DNA of 59,030 nucleotides, counting the filler, from Sluysia triapertura (Eukaryota): assembly GCA_046118255.1 (NCBI GenBank). It is 4 parts of 4 records of this genome, joined end to end, with 100 filler letters (N's around TTAATTAATTAA, not from the genome) between each part and the next. Parts side by side here need not be neighbours in the genome. Positions count along the whole stretch, not along the records: positions 13,687 to 29,466 come from JBJNIA010219249.1; 3 more parts are not named here. The stretch is one strand, 5' to 3'. The notes under the pieces were generated by a model, which was given only the letters and a program-made list of their open reading frames with translations, searched no databases and was not told the origin of the DNA. Made by a program: the position numbers and the translations under genes. Positions 14,351-26,798 of this stretch are shown here, one piece after another (the first letter of the stretch is position 1; every line of letters begins with the position of its first letter).

Positions 14351-15499
14351 TGTATAACATCGTAAAAAGATTTCTTTGAAGCTACGGTAGTACTGAATTG
14401 CAGGTTACATTGTGTCTAGTTACTATGAAATAAAATAGGTTTGTGTAATAAATTATTGGCAGTAGAATTCACGTGAGTGTTTGCGACAATTTTCCAAGTT
14501 TTGCCTAGTTATTGAGGCTTTAAGCATCATATTATGACTATTTACTTCTTTGTTGTGTTTTATACAATACAACGTAACTTAAGACTGTCACAATCCTTAC
14601 TTCCTGTGAACGTATGTAATAGTAAATTATCTTTAAAGGGTACCAATTCATGAAACTTACTTTAACTAAAAACTTTACGATATTAAAAAGGTTCTTTTAA
14701 GTTTAACATGTTTATAAATTTGTTATTTATTCTTTAATTTAATTACAAAGTTAACAAATTTCTGATACATTTAATAAAAACATGCAATTGAAAAGTTAAA
14801 TTAGGCGTAATGATTTGATAAGTGCAGTTATTATGATGTTATTTCAACTGTAATACAATGATTACGATCTTCATAACATAGTATATCCTGATTATCAGAT
14901 AATCTAAATCGTTCCATGCTTCGAAATAATTTTTTGGATTGTTTTTAATTTTCGTCATAACCTATTTTTTACATTCACGTTAACTTTTTTAAAGTTATTT
15001 CTGCACAAATAACATCATAACTACCAATGAATTTCAAAATGATCTTTGAAATTAATTGTTTGTATTCAAAAATTAATAATTCAATTATAATGATAATGAC
15101 AATGACAGAAGCAATGAGAATTATGATAATAATGATGATGGCAATGATGTTAATGAATATTTAATAATTGTAATCACAATCATTAACATCATTATCGTAC
15201 TTCTCATCTGTCAATATCATCATCATTGAATTGTATATATAAATATTATCCCAACAGATACGCAATCGTTAATTTCTGCAAAAAGAGAAAGTTTCGAAAT
15301 TAAAGACAAAATTACCAAAGAAAAATTGTTTAGAGTACCTTCATATAAATGTTACACAACAAAATTTTATTACGTAAGTCCAGATTTCGAGTCAAATTAT
15401 ATTTCAATCGGTAGAGCTTGATTATACAAATAACTTTTTAAATAAAATTAATGGCCTAAAACGAATAGAAATTAAGAAATTATTTGAAAGTGTTAAACA

Positions 15500-15820
15500 T
15501 AGCGTTTTTATTTTAATGTATCAAGAACGAAAATCTTTGAAAAAGTAGTGGAATTATTCTGGAAAAATTTGGAAAGACGCATGCATTGAGTTCTTAGACT
15601 GTTAAAAGGTTTGTAATTATTCGCCAAGTCTTAATTTAATTTAGAACCTTCGGCAAGTTTTGTGAAAGGGGAAGTGTCCTAGATGATACTGAGTAAATGA
15701 AATCAGAAGATTGTTATGACTGAAGAAAATCATCAGGAAAGCCAGTGAATTCGTCTGTCATAATCCATCCACTTCGACAAGAAAGGCCTCACAAGAACTA
15801 GGACATTCTAGATACACGCA
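15500..15820 (+). mobile_element. Tc1/mariner-superfamily transposase N-terminal remnant
   Basis: KFGKTHALSS*TVKRF and VMTEENIRKASEFVCHNPSTSTRKASQELGHSR match the R..ENI..V.....P..S.RR.SQELG HTH pattern. Confidence 0.55.
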
Positions 15821-16470
15821 TTAATGATAACGATTGTAGCACGCATTAATTTTAAAAAAGATTGTAAAAATGAATGTTATCTTTTAATATTTAGTTTAAA
15901 CACTTAAAAATAATTTCTCATTTTAAAATTAAAATTTAAAACCATAATTTAAAGTACATTCATCCGGATTGGTTCAAAATGTGGATAACATTTTAGACCA
16001 TCATGAACTAGTTTTTAGGGAAATGATCTATGTATGTGATAATTTATCATTTACCTTTAATATTTATTAGATTCTTTTATTGATTAAAAGACTGTATGGT
16101 AACCAAAAAGTGATTGATGCAATTTTAATGATGCAATTTTAATACATAATAAAGACATTGAGAATTAATTTGAAAGATTCTTGATTACCTTCGTCACGGA
16201 AGTTTTGTTTTGTTGATGTTAGTTTGTTAGTCATTTTATGCAATGTGTTTGGAAGCTGATAATTTAACATTCTGATAAAAAAGTGCCTTTGTCAATCAAT
16301 TTCGATCATCACTGTATTAAATTAAAATTTCATGCATTTGTTGCAAAAATTAAAACTCACTACTTTTGGGTCACCTTACATAAAAAATTGTATTCAATAA
16401 GTGATATAATTTAGAACAAAAGATATGAAACATGAAATTCATAATGAGATTTTTGTTTTTTTTTCATCAG

Positions 16471-18201
16471 GATCAATTAGCCAAAAAGAATCCCGCAGCT
16501 ATGGACAACAGCTTCGAACAAGTGATCAAAGCTGATGATTCTTTGAATAAAGATTTGTGGAATTTGAAGCAACGTTGCCTTAAACCCGGTTTTTATTACA
16601 AACATTTACTGAAATGGGTCCAATATTTCAGTCCTAGTAATGTAAGTTGAACAGTTAAGATATACTTATGTTTATATACATATATCACACAAGAGAGTCA
16701 GCCTTCAAAGGTCAATAGTTCGTTATTGGTTAATTAGATTTGAAAATATTGTTAGGGTATTACTCCATTTTAATCAATGAAATAATAATAATAGTAATAG
16801 TAATAATGACGCAATAATTTTATAATGATGTTGGTAATTAACTACATAATAATATGTAAAAATTAACTTTGTAAATAAAATGCTTCTGCTAAATCTTTAA
16901 AATTTATGTGATATGTTTTTGCCTCTTTGATTACTTTATTAAATTTGAATGTGCCTATAATATAACTCTTAGTTTTTTAAATTTAAATTTCTTTACTTAT
17001 ATAAATTCTTAATAACAAAGTTATTCCTTTTAATAATATTTTAATCTTATAATACTATTTAGATTTAATTGAAAGTATAAGATTTTACTAGTATAAACTC
17101 CTTTTATTGTCTTAGTCTATAAATATTACTTGGACTTTATATTATACCGACCTTACCTAGAAGTGTGAATTCGAATACTCGTCTGAAATATAAGTGCTTA
17201 ATCGAAATTTCAATTCTCTAAATTTAAGTTCCTGTTAAAATTTTAATATTGGAAAAAATACTTAATTCTGATATCTGTAAATTCTAAGATTATCTTTTCT
17301 TATTTAACTGTTTAATTTAATTTCACGGGCTCTGATATCAACCCTCCTTTTTTAAAATATAAAATTAAAAATATTTATTAGTAGAAATTTAATTTAGTAC
17401 AATAATTTTATTAAAATCGTTTTTATTTTAATTATCATAAACAATTTTAAAAGAAATAAGATCAATTAGTTTATTTATGACCGAAAATAAGTCTTACCTT
17501 GTCTAATTATTCTAGTCCTAAAATCAGACCTAAAATCTTTTACTTTTTTTGGCAATTTCAGATATTGTTTCAAAAAATCACACTAAATTTCAGATAAATT
17601 TACTCTTAATTTACTTATTAACTTTATTGTATACGTCAGAGTTCTACTTGTCTCTGGTGTAAGAGATAGAAGTGCGGAATTTAGATGTTTCATCTTTAAA
17701 CTTAAACTTCCTTTCCTATTTCTTGGGTAATTAAGATTTATTTAACAAAACGCAACTTTAGTTACAATAAAAAGGACTATACAAAATTTATAATAACACA
17801 TAATTAATTTTTATATTTAATAATAAATTTCCAAATTAATGTTTATTCTTACTTAAGGTATTGTATTAGTATAAACTCTTAATTATCTTGAAGACAATTA
17901 CATCTGGAACAATAAGTTACCTTAAATTACTCAAAAATAACTAAGTCCGAATAATGTCTGGAACGAATAATTAGTTAGGTTCAATATATTTTATAATTAA
18001 TGTCCCTTGAGTATTTACAATAAATTTGAATCAAATCGTGTATTAATATTTTTTGGTTGTATAGTAATTTTCTCTGCTATTAGTCATTAGTCAATAACTT
18101 ATTCTATAACTTTTCTATAGTTAATTTTACTTTAATAGCCAAATATTATGTATTTTTGTTAAGACACTAATTTTTCAGATACTATTATGTATGTATAGAT
18201 T

Positions 18202-18263
<62 letters not shown>

Positions 18264-19198
18264 GAATTACTTATTATTACTGTTGATAAAACTGTAAGTA
18301 CATATAGAATTGTACATTCTTCGATTCTACTTAAACAAGATTTATTATTTTATTACTATTATTATTTATATATTGAAAATTGTAATTACTATACATACAT
18401 ATAAAACTGAAAATTATACTTTTACTAGTTTTACGAAATCAATAGTTATTGATTTAGAATTAGATAATCAAAGATACACGTTTATTTCAATAATTTTATA
18501 AAAATCATTAACCATTAACACGTTTGTTACCGGAGCTTGAGAAGAAAAAACACCCGCGGAAATTTTTCTTATGAAATGATTGCGAAAAAATGGTGCAACA
18601 CTTTATCGAAAACTGATAAAGTGTTTTGTGACGCAGGCTCAAAAGCAAGAACTGAAACGTCGCACATATGCGACAATGGTAGCGAATGTGTGTTAATGAA
18701 TCAGAATGAATTCTAGATAGTCTTGAGATAATTTGAATAATTGTTGATTATAGAATTGAATCAGAATAATTATAAGAAGAGCTAAAAGTTAACAAATAAT
18801 TTTAAAAAATATAATTATCATTTGTAATACCGAATATTATGTTGATTAAAATTTACGAATAAAGTATAAGTTTCATTGTCATAAATACTAATCAAATCTT
18901 TTACTACACTTTAATTTATATTTCCATTTAGATGATCCTTGTGGATTCGGACCAACTAGTTAAAGATCCAGTTACGTTACTGAATGGAATGCAAACTCTC
19001 CTTGCACTACCTAAAAAGATTAATTTTCATAACTATATTGAGTAAGTAAATATATTTTATATATGTATATTGACCTTGAAAATATTACATATAATGATTT
19101 GTATATAATAGAAATCACATTTATTCTTAAGAATTTTCTCATTGTTACGAATAGAAATTTAATTATTTGATAATACTATAATAATAATAATAATGATG

Positions 19199-19242
<44 letters not shown>

Positions 19243-20946
19243 TAATAGTAATAGTAATAATTATGGAAATAAAAATAAATTTTCATTTAAAAAACAAATA
19301 AATGGTTGGTAAATATAAATATTCATCAAATTCAGAGTGAAATTAAAGTACACAGAAAATAGATTTTACTTTTTTTGATTCTTATTCGCTAGTTTAATTT
19401 TGATTAAGTTCATTTTTTTAATAAGCCTAAGCTTCGAGATTAATATTTTTAAAGAGATATATCTCCTGAAATGTATTTTAAAATATTGCAATGAAAACTA
19501 AGTGACAAAAATCATTTAATACAAAATATTACTATTATTATCAAATTTATTTTTTATAGAGGTAGAAAGTTATAATTTTGATAAAAATATTAATTGATTG
19601 ATTTTTCTCATTATTTCATCAAGCATACAAATTTTAATTGAATTATAATTGTAAATTATAATTACTACACATTTATAATTTTGTTCACGATTTACTTAAG
19701 AATTAACTTAAGAATTAAGTCACGAATACATTTTGCTGTCGATTTCGTGCATTGCATTAAAAAGTCCTTAACCCAAAATTTGTATTACTACGTAGAAGTT
19801 ACTTTGCATCTTATTGTGGTAATATGATTTTGAGTTTTACTTTTATTTAACTAGATTGAAAATTGAAATTTATCATTAACAAAAATAATTTACGTGTACA
19901 AAAATTAGTTACGAAAAATTGAATGATGTTAGTAAAATTGAAAGTATGAAATATCTTTAAGACTAAGTTTAAATTATTCCTTATAAAAGTTAATAATGAA
20001 TAAAAATGAATACAAAAACTATTTATTATCAATATTATTATAGGAACTAAAGTTAAATTTGGAATTTCATTTGTTGTTTCCTGGGTATACAGTTTTACAC
20101 GTTCGTAGATAAAATATATAATAAATAAAGATAATTTAAGTAAAAAATTTCGAATGAAAAAAATATAATTATTACTAATTTTGCACTTGTTAATGTATAT
20201 GTCTCAAACTCTATAAAAACTATCAATTGAATGAATACCAAGATAAAGGACTGGATCTGGTACATAGACTTGAGTTCCTAAAGTTGATAAAATAGACTTT
20301 AATGCACGAAAAAGAGTTTAATATTGCAACTTTAATAAATTCCCTACAAATAATTAGTTATACAAAATAAATTACAATAATTGTAAAGGCATCCTATTAT
20401 ATCTAGATAAGAGAAGGAGAAACATTAATAATCGTTTAAAAGCAATTAGAGACCCTCAGTGTTAAACTTAGTTTGCATTTCATAAATTCCTATAACTGCG
20501 TCTTCTAAATGTGATATAAAACCTTGACTACACGTGAACCAAAATAAAAATTTTATATTTGCTAATAAAAGGAGAAAACACTCTAAAATTAATTTTCTAC
20601 AATATATTTTGGCACATTAGTATTCATTTATTAATAAAATCATGTCTGTCGTTTATTTTATTTTCAGTTACTTTTGATTTCATACTTCTATACAGTATTA
20701 GAAATAATATATTTTTAATTTATTTTCAGATATAACAATGGGAAAGGTTTTTTTTGTGTTCGTAAAAATCTAACGGGATTTAGTGATCGAAAATGTTTAG
20801 GTTCTAATAAAGGTCGTATATATTCGCGAATGACGGATTCAACTCGAGAATATTTGGAAAACTATTACAAGATTTCTAATAACCAGTTAAGATCTTTTCT
20901 TGTTCAACACGGATATCGTAATTTGCCAGGTTGGTTAATGATTTAA
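16471..20946 (+). CDS. NDST: Heparan sulfate N-deacetylase/N-sulfotransferase, last three exons (sulfotransferase domain C-terminus)
   Basis: Exons 16471-16641, 18932-19041 and 20730-20946 (stop TAA) splice in frame: DQLAKKNPAAMDNSFEQVI...QRCLKPGFYYKHLLKWVQYF / MILVDSDQLVKDP...MQTLL / YNNGKGFFCV...KCLGSNKGRIY...PGWL. These match NDST motifs RCL.PG.Y..HL..W, KGF.C...CLG.SKGR.Y and P.WL. Confidence 0.9.
18515..18696. mobile_element. piggyBac-type MITE
   Basis: TTAA at both ends. Imperfect TIRs CACGTTTGTTACC / GGTAGCGAATGTG(TG). Subterminal palindrome GTCGCACATATGCGAC and internal ACACTTTATC...GATAAAGTGT stem. Confidence 0.55.
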
Positions 20947-21194
20947 CGCTGCTTTTGTCTCAGTGCCGATATTGTTTGCTGAATATATATCTGTATGTAT
21001 GTATAAATTTGTAATTAAGCAATCATTTTATTTAATATCATTTATATTGAATTATTGTTTTTTATTATTATTGTTCAAGAAATAGAACAAACCTAGTCAT
21101 TTTTGTAATCATTTTATCATAAATGTCATTTAAGCAAAGTAAACTTATATTTATTTATTGTTACAAGTAATTTCCAAGACGCAACTTATATATA

Positions 21195-21460
21195 TATAAA
21201 TAGAATCTCAACGAATACTCACTTTATCAGGTATAAATTATCGTAAATTTTCTTATTTTAAAATGATATTTTTCAACCCGAAAATTCTTAATTCAAATTA
21301 ATAGAAATAACTCAATAATATGATGATTACAAAATCAAATACAAGTTATAAGTTGCTGCTTCAACAATAATACAAGTAAATTAACTAAAAATGACAATCT
21401 TAAAATTAACAATATTAAACACACAATAATAACCAGAGGTGAGAGGCAACATAAATTAAA
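21195..21460. repeat. Dispersed repeat shared with ~50570-50850
   Basis: Colinear shared blocks AATAGAATCTCAA, AAATTTTCTTAT.TTAA.AATGAT, AAAATCAAATACAA and AACCAGAG.TGAG..GCAACATA. Confidence 0.6.
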
Positions 21461-21635
21461 ATATAAATGTATATAGTTGAAAATAATAATAATACTTATA
21501 TATTGTCAAATAATTGTATTCTAAATTAGTATCAGAAAAATTTAAAATAAATCGGGTAGGGGCCTCCCAAAAAATCAAGTTATCAATAACTTAAAATCAA
21601 AGTTAAAATAATAATCAAATAATTAGATTAACGAT

Positions 21636-21791
21636 TGTTAGACTTCATAAAATGGACTGACCGGGGATCGAACCCGGGAACTCTAGTTGCGTAGTTCGAT
21701 GCTCTACCACTGAACTATCAGCCCCGTCTAACATTTTTATTTTATTATAGTCAATATACCATCACGGCACTTTAGGCCTTTTACCACAACA
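21636..21791 (-). mobile_element. ~156-bp TG...CA-bounded repeat containing a pseudo-tRNA (copy 1)
   Basis: Minus strand reads TGTTGTGG...TGTTAGAC-G-[tRNA-like 72 nt]-TTTTATGAA-GTCTAACA. Homologous to 49368-49523, 39548-39616 and 58382-59010. Confidence 0.75.
21653..21724 (-). pseudogene. tRNA-like sequence (Ala/Cys-like body, nominal ACG anticodon) with non-pairing anticodon stem
   Basis: GGGCTGA TA GTTC AGTGGTA GAGC A TCGAA CTACGCA ACTAG AGTTC CCGGG TTCGATC CCCGG TCAGTCC A. Acceptor, D and T stems pair and the A and B boxes are intact, but the anticodon stem fails and position 37 is C. Confidence 0.7.
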
Positions 21792-24359
21792 TGATTATTA
21801 TAGTAGCAAGAGTTAGTTAAAGATTCCCCAAAAAATTGTTTTTAAGAAATAAATAAATAAAATAAAAATAATCAAAAACATTACCATAGTCATAGATATT
21901 CGAAATGATTGTGTGGTTACCAGCACTATTGCACAAAATTTTAACACGCCACAACACACTAAAATTTGCATCTACACAATATCTAAATTACTTATTACAT
22001 CAAAACTTACTAAATTTATTTTGTAAAAACGAAATGAAATTTCTATTAAATACCTTCAATTCTACTAATTTTCTCTTACAACTCTTTCTTTGATTCCTAC
22101 TTAACCTCCTACCTAACGTTTTCTATTATCCTTTCAATTATTTGCTACAATGTATTTCCTGAATCAAGGATGAAATCTCGTAGGAATGCACTTGAAAAGG
22201 CACATCCTGCAAACATCAATCTAAAACATCAGAATATACTACAACCTACGAATTCAGGTCTTGCTGCTTCTAAATTAGGATCGTGTGATAATTCGAAAAT
22301 ATCACTGAGACTGCTAGAAGTAACTTCTAGAAGAAAGCAAAGTCTGGAAAACCAAGAAAAAATAAACGAAAGCAACACCAATGAGTATGATAATCATGAC
22401 TATGATGAAGAACATAATACTAGCAGCAGTGATATTGATGAAAATCAAAACAAGCCAAACAATTTTATTAATAAAATTTGTCGAAAATATAGTGTTGCCT
22501 TGTCATTGCAAAAGAAGAGTAAACAACCACAGAGTACAGAAGCTGTGAACAACTGATAAACGATGGAGAAAATTAGGGATACTCCATGTTTTTTGTCTTT
22601 CAAAGGTATCAACTCAATGATTTTTATTTATGCGTTTTTTATATTATATCATAAACGTTTTAAAACCTTATTATAACCCAGAAAAATATCAATAAATCAA
22701 AAATAGATTACTGCAACGTATTAAGTTGCAAATTTTCTTATTATGGCTATTTTTATATGCTACTAAAATTAGTAGTGTGCCACAATAATAACAGCAGCAT
22801 ATTATACGTAAATTAATTATAAATAGTTAATAGTGATTTTCGTTTTAAAGAAATGAAAGAACGAACTATGTTAGTTAGCAACAATTCAAGAATCTTAAAC
22901 AAATACACCACCATCAGTTATGTTAGGTTTAAATGCAGAATCAATGTTGTCATGCACACACCGTATTCAAAGAATAGAAATCGCATAATGCGACTGAGTA
23001 ACAAGAATCGTAAACATTGAAATTTTTATTTTAAAAAAAATAAGAAATAAATTTTTGTCTTAACAATTTTTCGTTTATTACTTAATTAAATTTCGAACTA
23101 AAAATATTTTTAAACCTAACAAAACCTTTTCGAAGAACTAAATGAATAACATTAATGAAGTCAATTTTAAATATAATCAATATTGTGAAAACTGTGTTAA
23201 CTGTGTTCCGGTAACCTGATAATTTATTTTATTGTTCAATAATGATAATTTATTTTATTTATTGATTATTTATTTTATTATTTTATTTATTGATTATGTG
23301 TAAAATATTATCTAAAATATTTTCGCTATTATGAAGAATTAAAATTTAAAAAATAATTAAAGTTTAAAATTAATAGATTTTGTTATATTAAAAATTCAAA
23401 TTTTTATTAAAATTTAAAAAGTAATTAAAATTTAAAATTAATATTTAAAAGATTTTGATATTTTGTTTTATCGAAACAAAATAATTTATTTTGTTTTATT
23501 GATTAATAATTTCAAATTTTTGTAAATACAATATGGCGGTTGAGAAATTCTGTATAAAAGTAGCTGACTTTTGCAGAGTTTCTCAATAGTCAATTGGTGA
23601 AAAAATTAATAATCGTCAGGCAATTCCATGAAAGTAAGCTTAATATTGTTTAAGTTTTGAAATCTTCTCACCGTAAAAGGGAGAAGCAAAATCCACTTAA
23701 ATTCATTTTTGTTTGCTTATACCGTAATACGGATAAGTTAAAATCTATTTAAATTAATTTTCTAACTAAATTCCTACAATTTAAGTTACTAAACTTATTA
23801 TCATTATTATATATTACATATCCTATTGTTAGCTATTTATTTTTCTGTTCATAAATAAAACCTTTTGAGTTGCTAAACTGTCTTGTATTATTATTAAAGA
23901 TTAAAATCATTGTCAGATGCTAGATCGTAATAAGGCTAGCTTAATATTATAAAGTCATATTTTAAGTTTTCAATAATTAGACCATAACCGGCTAATTTAA
24001 TATTCTATTTTTAACAAGTTAGACCGTAAAAAGGCTATCTAAAAATCGTTTAAATTTATTATAATTAAAAAACATCAGAACAAGCCTAAAATCTTCTTAG
24101 GCCCTCCTTATTGTGACGCTTTTTCTCTCTGTAAATGCTAACAGGCCGCCGTCGTTGAGACTTAAGTCGTTTTCTGTTAGGCGAACTCTTCAGGTTACAT
24201 TTGCATCGAAGTTAGGTGAAAACCATCTTTGCATTTTTTACATTTAAGTAAAATTAATCTTAATTTTTTAAAAGGTTTTATACATTCAATTTATTTACAC
24301 TAACATTTGGAATCGTATAATGAAATATTCCAATAACTCGAAAAGCAATCTTGCTTTAC

Positions 24360-25560
24360 TAAACAACCAGAACAAAGTGCATTGGAAGTATTAGCACGAA
24401 CTTGTCATTGTATAGATCAAAATGATATGATTTCTTCTTTAATTACCACAGTTTATTTAACCACAGCCATAATGACTTCAACAATATTAATTTTGCATTC
24501 TTAGAACAGCTCTGTTGCTACTTAATAATATTAATTTTTAGGAACGATAATAATAATAGTAGTATTAATAATAATAATAATAGTAATAATATTTATTTAA
24601 AATAAGTGCTCAATCTTTAAAATAAATGATTCACTATACTATTTGTGAAACTAAGTAACTTCGCATTTTTTTCTTATGTATTTCATAGTATTCTAGTAAT
24701 TTAACATTCTTTGGTAGATAACGTAAGGATTTATAAATTATTTTTATGATTTTGTATTTTCTTATTGCTTGTAATGTTAACCAGTACTTCTTTAAGATAA
24801 GATGGTTTATGAGATTTTCTTACTTGAAAAGTTAACATCATTGATTGATTTATAATGATTTTTGTACCTTTTTAAATGGAATATAAAGTATAATGTCCCG
24901 CTGTTAAAATCTATATTATGAATTTTTTGTTTTGTTGAGGTTTGATATTATATTTTTAAATGTCTGAAGACAGACATTTTCTTCGGGAATGAGGTATGTT
25001 GGATTGTCCAGTTAGTAGTCGTAAAATTGTCATAAATTTTATTGTTAACTTCGAAATTTAGTTATTTTTCATTTAATAGATAATCATAATAGCGACTTAT
25101 ATTTGATTTTTTTAATTATTATTTTATTGACTTCTTGTTATTATTCTAAATTAAGAACGTAATTTTGGGTTGAATAAATATTATTAAAATAAGAAAATGT
25201 GTGATGTCTGTGGTATAGGTTATTCTTTAAATGTATTTGAATGGTGTTTATATCTTGTATGTCCTGCAATGAATTCGTAGCTTCTACTAATAAAATTAGA
25301 TTTCCTTATAAATTCTTAACAATTGAAACTTCTTTAATAATATCCTCACTTTATATTACTGCTTGAACTCAACTACAGGTACAACCTTCTATAAATGCAA
25401 AGTTTAAGACTCCTTAATGTCAAATTAATGTCACTGCTAAAATTAATAAGACTTATTCAGCTAACAAGTAGATTTCTCTACCAAACTTAAGTTTATATTA
25501 ATTAATTGTGTAGATCGTCTGGAAGTGTGAACTCGAATAATTGTTTCGATGGTTTGAAAT
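24360..25560 (-). pseudogene. Decayed copy of unknown large protein, homologous to 32750-35400
   Basis: Colinear peptide matches to the 32750-35400 block: LFEFTLPD, SNFIS, FIQPKI, DNF..SNIPHSRRK, FNSG, RKSHKPS, IYKSLRYLP. Confidence 0.55.
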
Positions 25561-26396
25561 GGAAATGCTTATTTTAAGTTCTTATTTTAAAGATTCTGTT
25601 TTATCTCTTAATGAAAATATCTAAATTCGACAAATATCGATTTTATTCTATTCCTCAATTGTAAAACTTGAACACAGTAAAATTTATTTAATGCAACACT
25701 TTAAAACTTGATATATAATAAAATGACAATAATTTTAGATTATTGTAGTCAATTATACTATCGTTATTCTAAATGGCTTGTTAGACCTATATCTCAACAA
25801 TAAGATGTTAATATAATTAATTAATTATTTTGCGATTATGGTTGTGTCAGGTCTTTAAATTCAAGAATCAGAAAATCAAAATAAAATTTAATCGTAATTA
25901 TGTTCTCTGTCATAATCAATACAAGTTATCAATTATCACAAACAAAATTTAAATATTGTAACTAAGACATAATAAACTAATAACCTAATAACCAAACATA
26001 TAGATTACTATAACATAAAAATTACACAAATAAGAAAATTATCCAGGGTTAATGCAACCAGAATTGTAATATCCTCCATATAGTATACGTTTTATTAGAT
26101 TTGCTATTCAATATCAATAAAACCTTAAAAAGATTACAAAATTCATGATTACGTCTGAAATCTTGTCTATGTAGAAATTTTTTATTACCGATTTTGTGCT
26201 TAAGGCACTTGATAGCAACTTTGTGCTTAAGACACTTAAACATACTTAACATTTGCCTCGGAGGGCGTACAAAATGAGAATAATGTAGACTGATTTTATT
26301 ATATAAAATGGTAATCATTTTTGATGCACAAATAAAATCATAAATAGTTTTAGCAAATATTTCATAACAAAAAGTTCATTGTACATTTATCTAACT

Positions 26397-26798
26397 TCAT
26401 TTGCCGATAACAGTTCGTCGCGAGAGACCCCGATGAAAAATTCCACCCACTCCTGAACCCTGTTGGTGTCCGAAACTCTGCCCTTGTCTGATAGAGTACT
26501 CATCATTGTGATGCTGTATGACTACGTAGACTTTGCGTTGAATTTCTAATATGTTCACTTTAAATTTTGAATTTACAGAATCAGCTAAGCATCGATCTAA
26601 ACGCAATCCCCATACGCCTTTTGGACCACACTGCTCATACTTCAAATCGCGTTTCGATCTGCAACTTTTAGTAACCGATTTCTCAGAAACTATTTTAACT
26701 TGTGAAGATCGACTCACATATAATTCTTTATTCAGTTGACCCATAGTTATTCGGAATGAACGAGTTGCATTACTTAATTCTTTAAAAATTGGAACTGT
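26397..26798 (-). pseudogene. dUTPase-fold-like reading frame with degenerate catalytic motifs
   Basis: IFKELSNATRSFRITMGQLNKELY...GPKGVWGLRLDRCLA...KVNILEIQRKVYVVIQHHNDEYSIRQGQSFG...GSGVGG follows the spacing of trimeric dUTPase motifs. Confidence 0.35.

Noticed and set aside
21653-21724. Functional tRNA-Arg(ACG) gene
   Set aside because: Anticodon stem does not pair, position 37 is a pyrimidine, the anticodon varies among copies, and it sits in a dispersed repeat.
22170-22556. 128-aa ORF as a host gene
   Set aside because: Low-complexity S/N/D/E-rich sequence with no recognisable domain or splice context.
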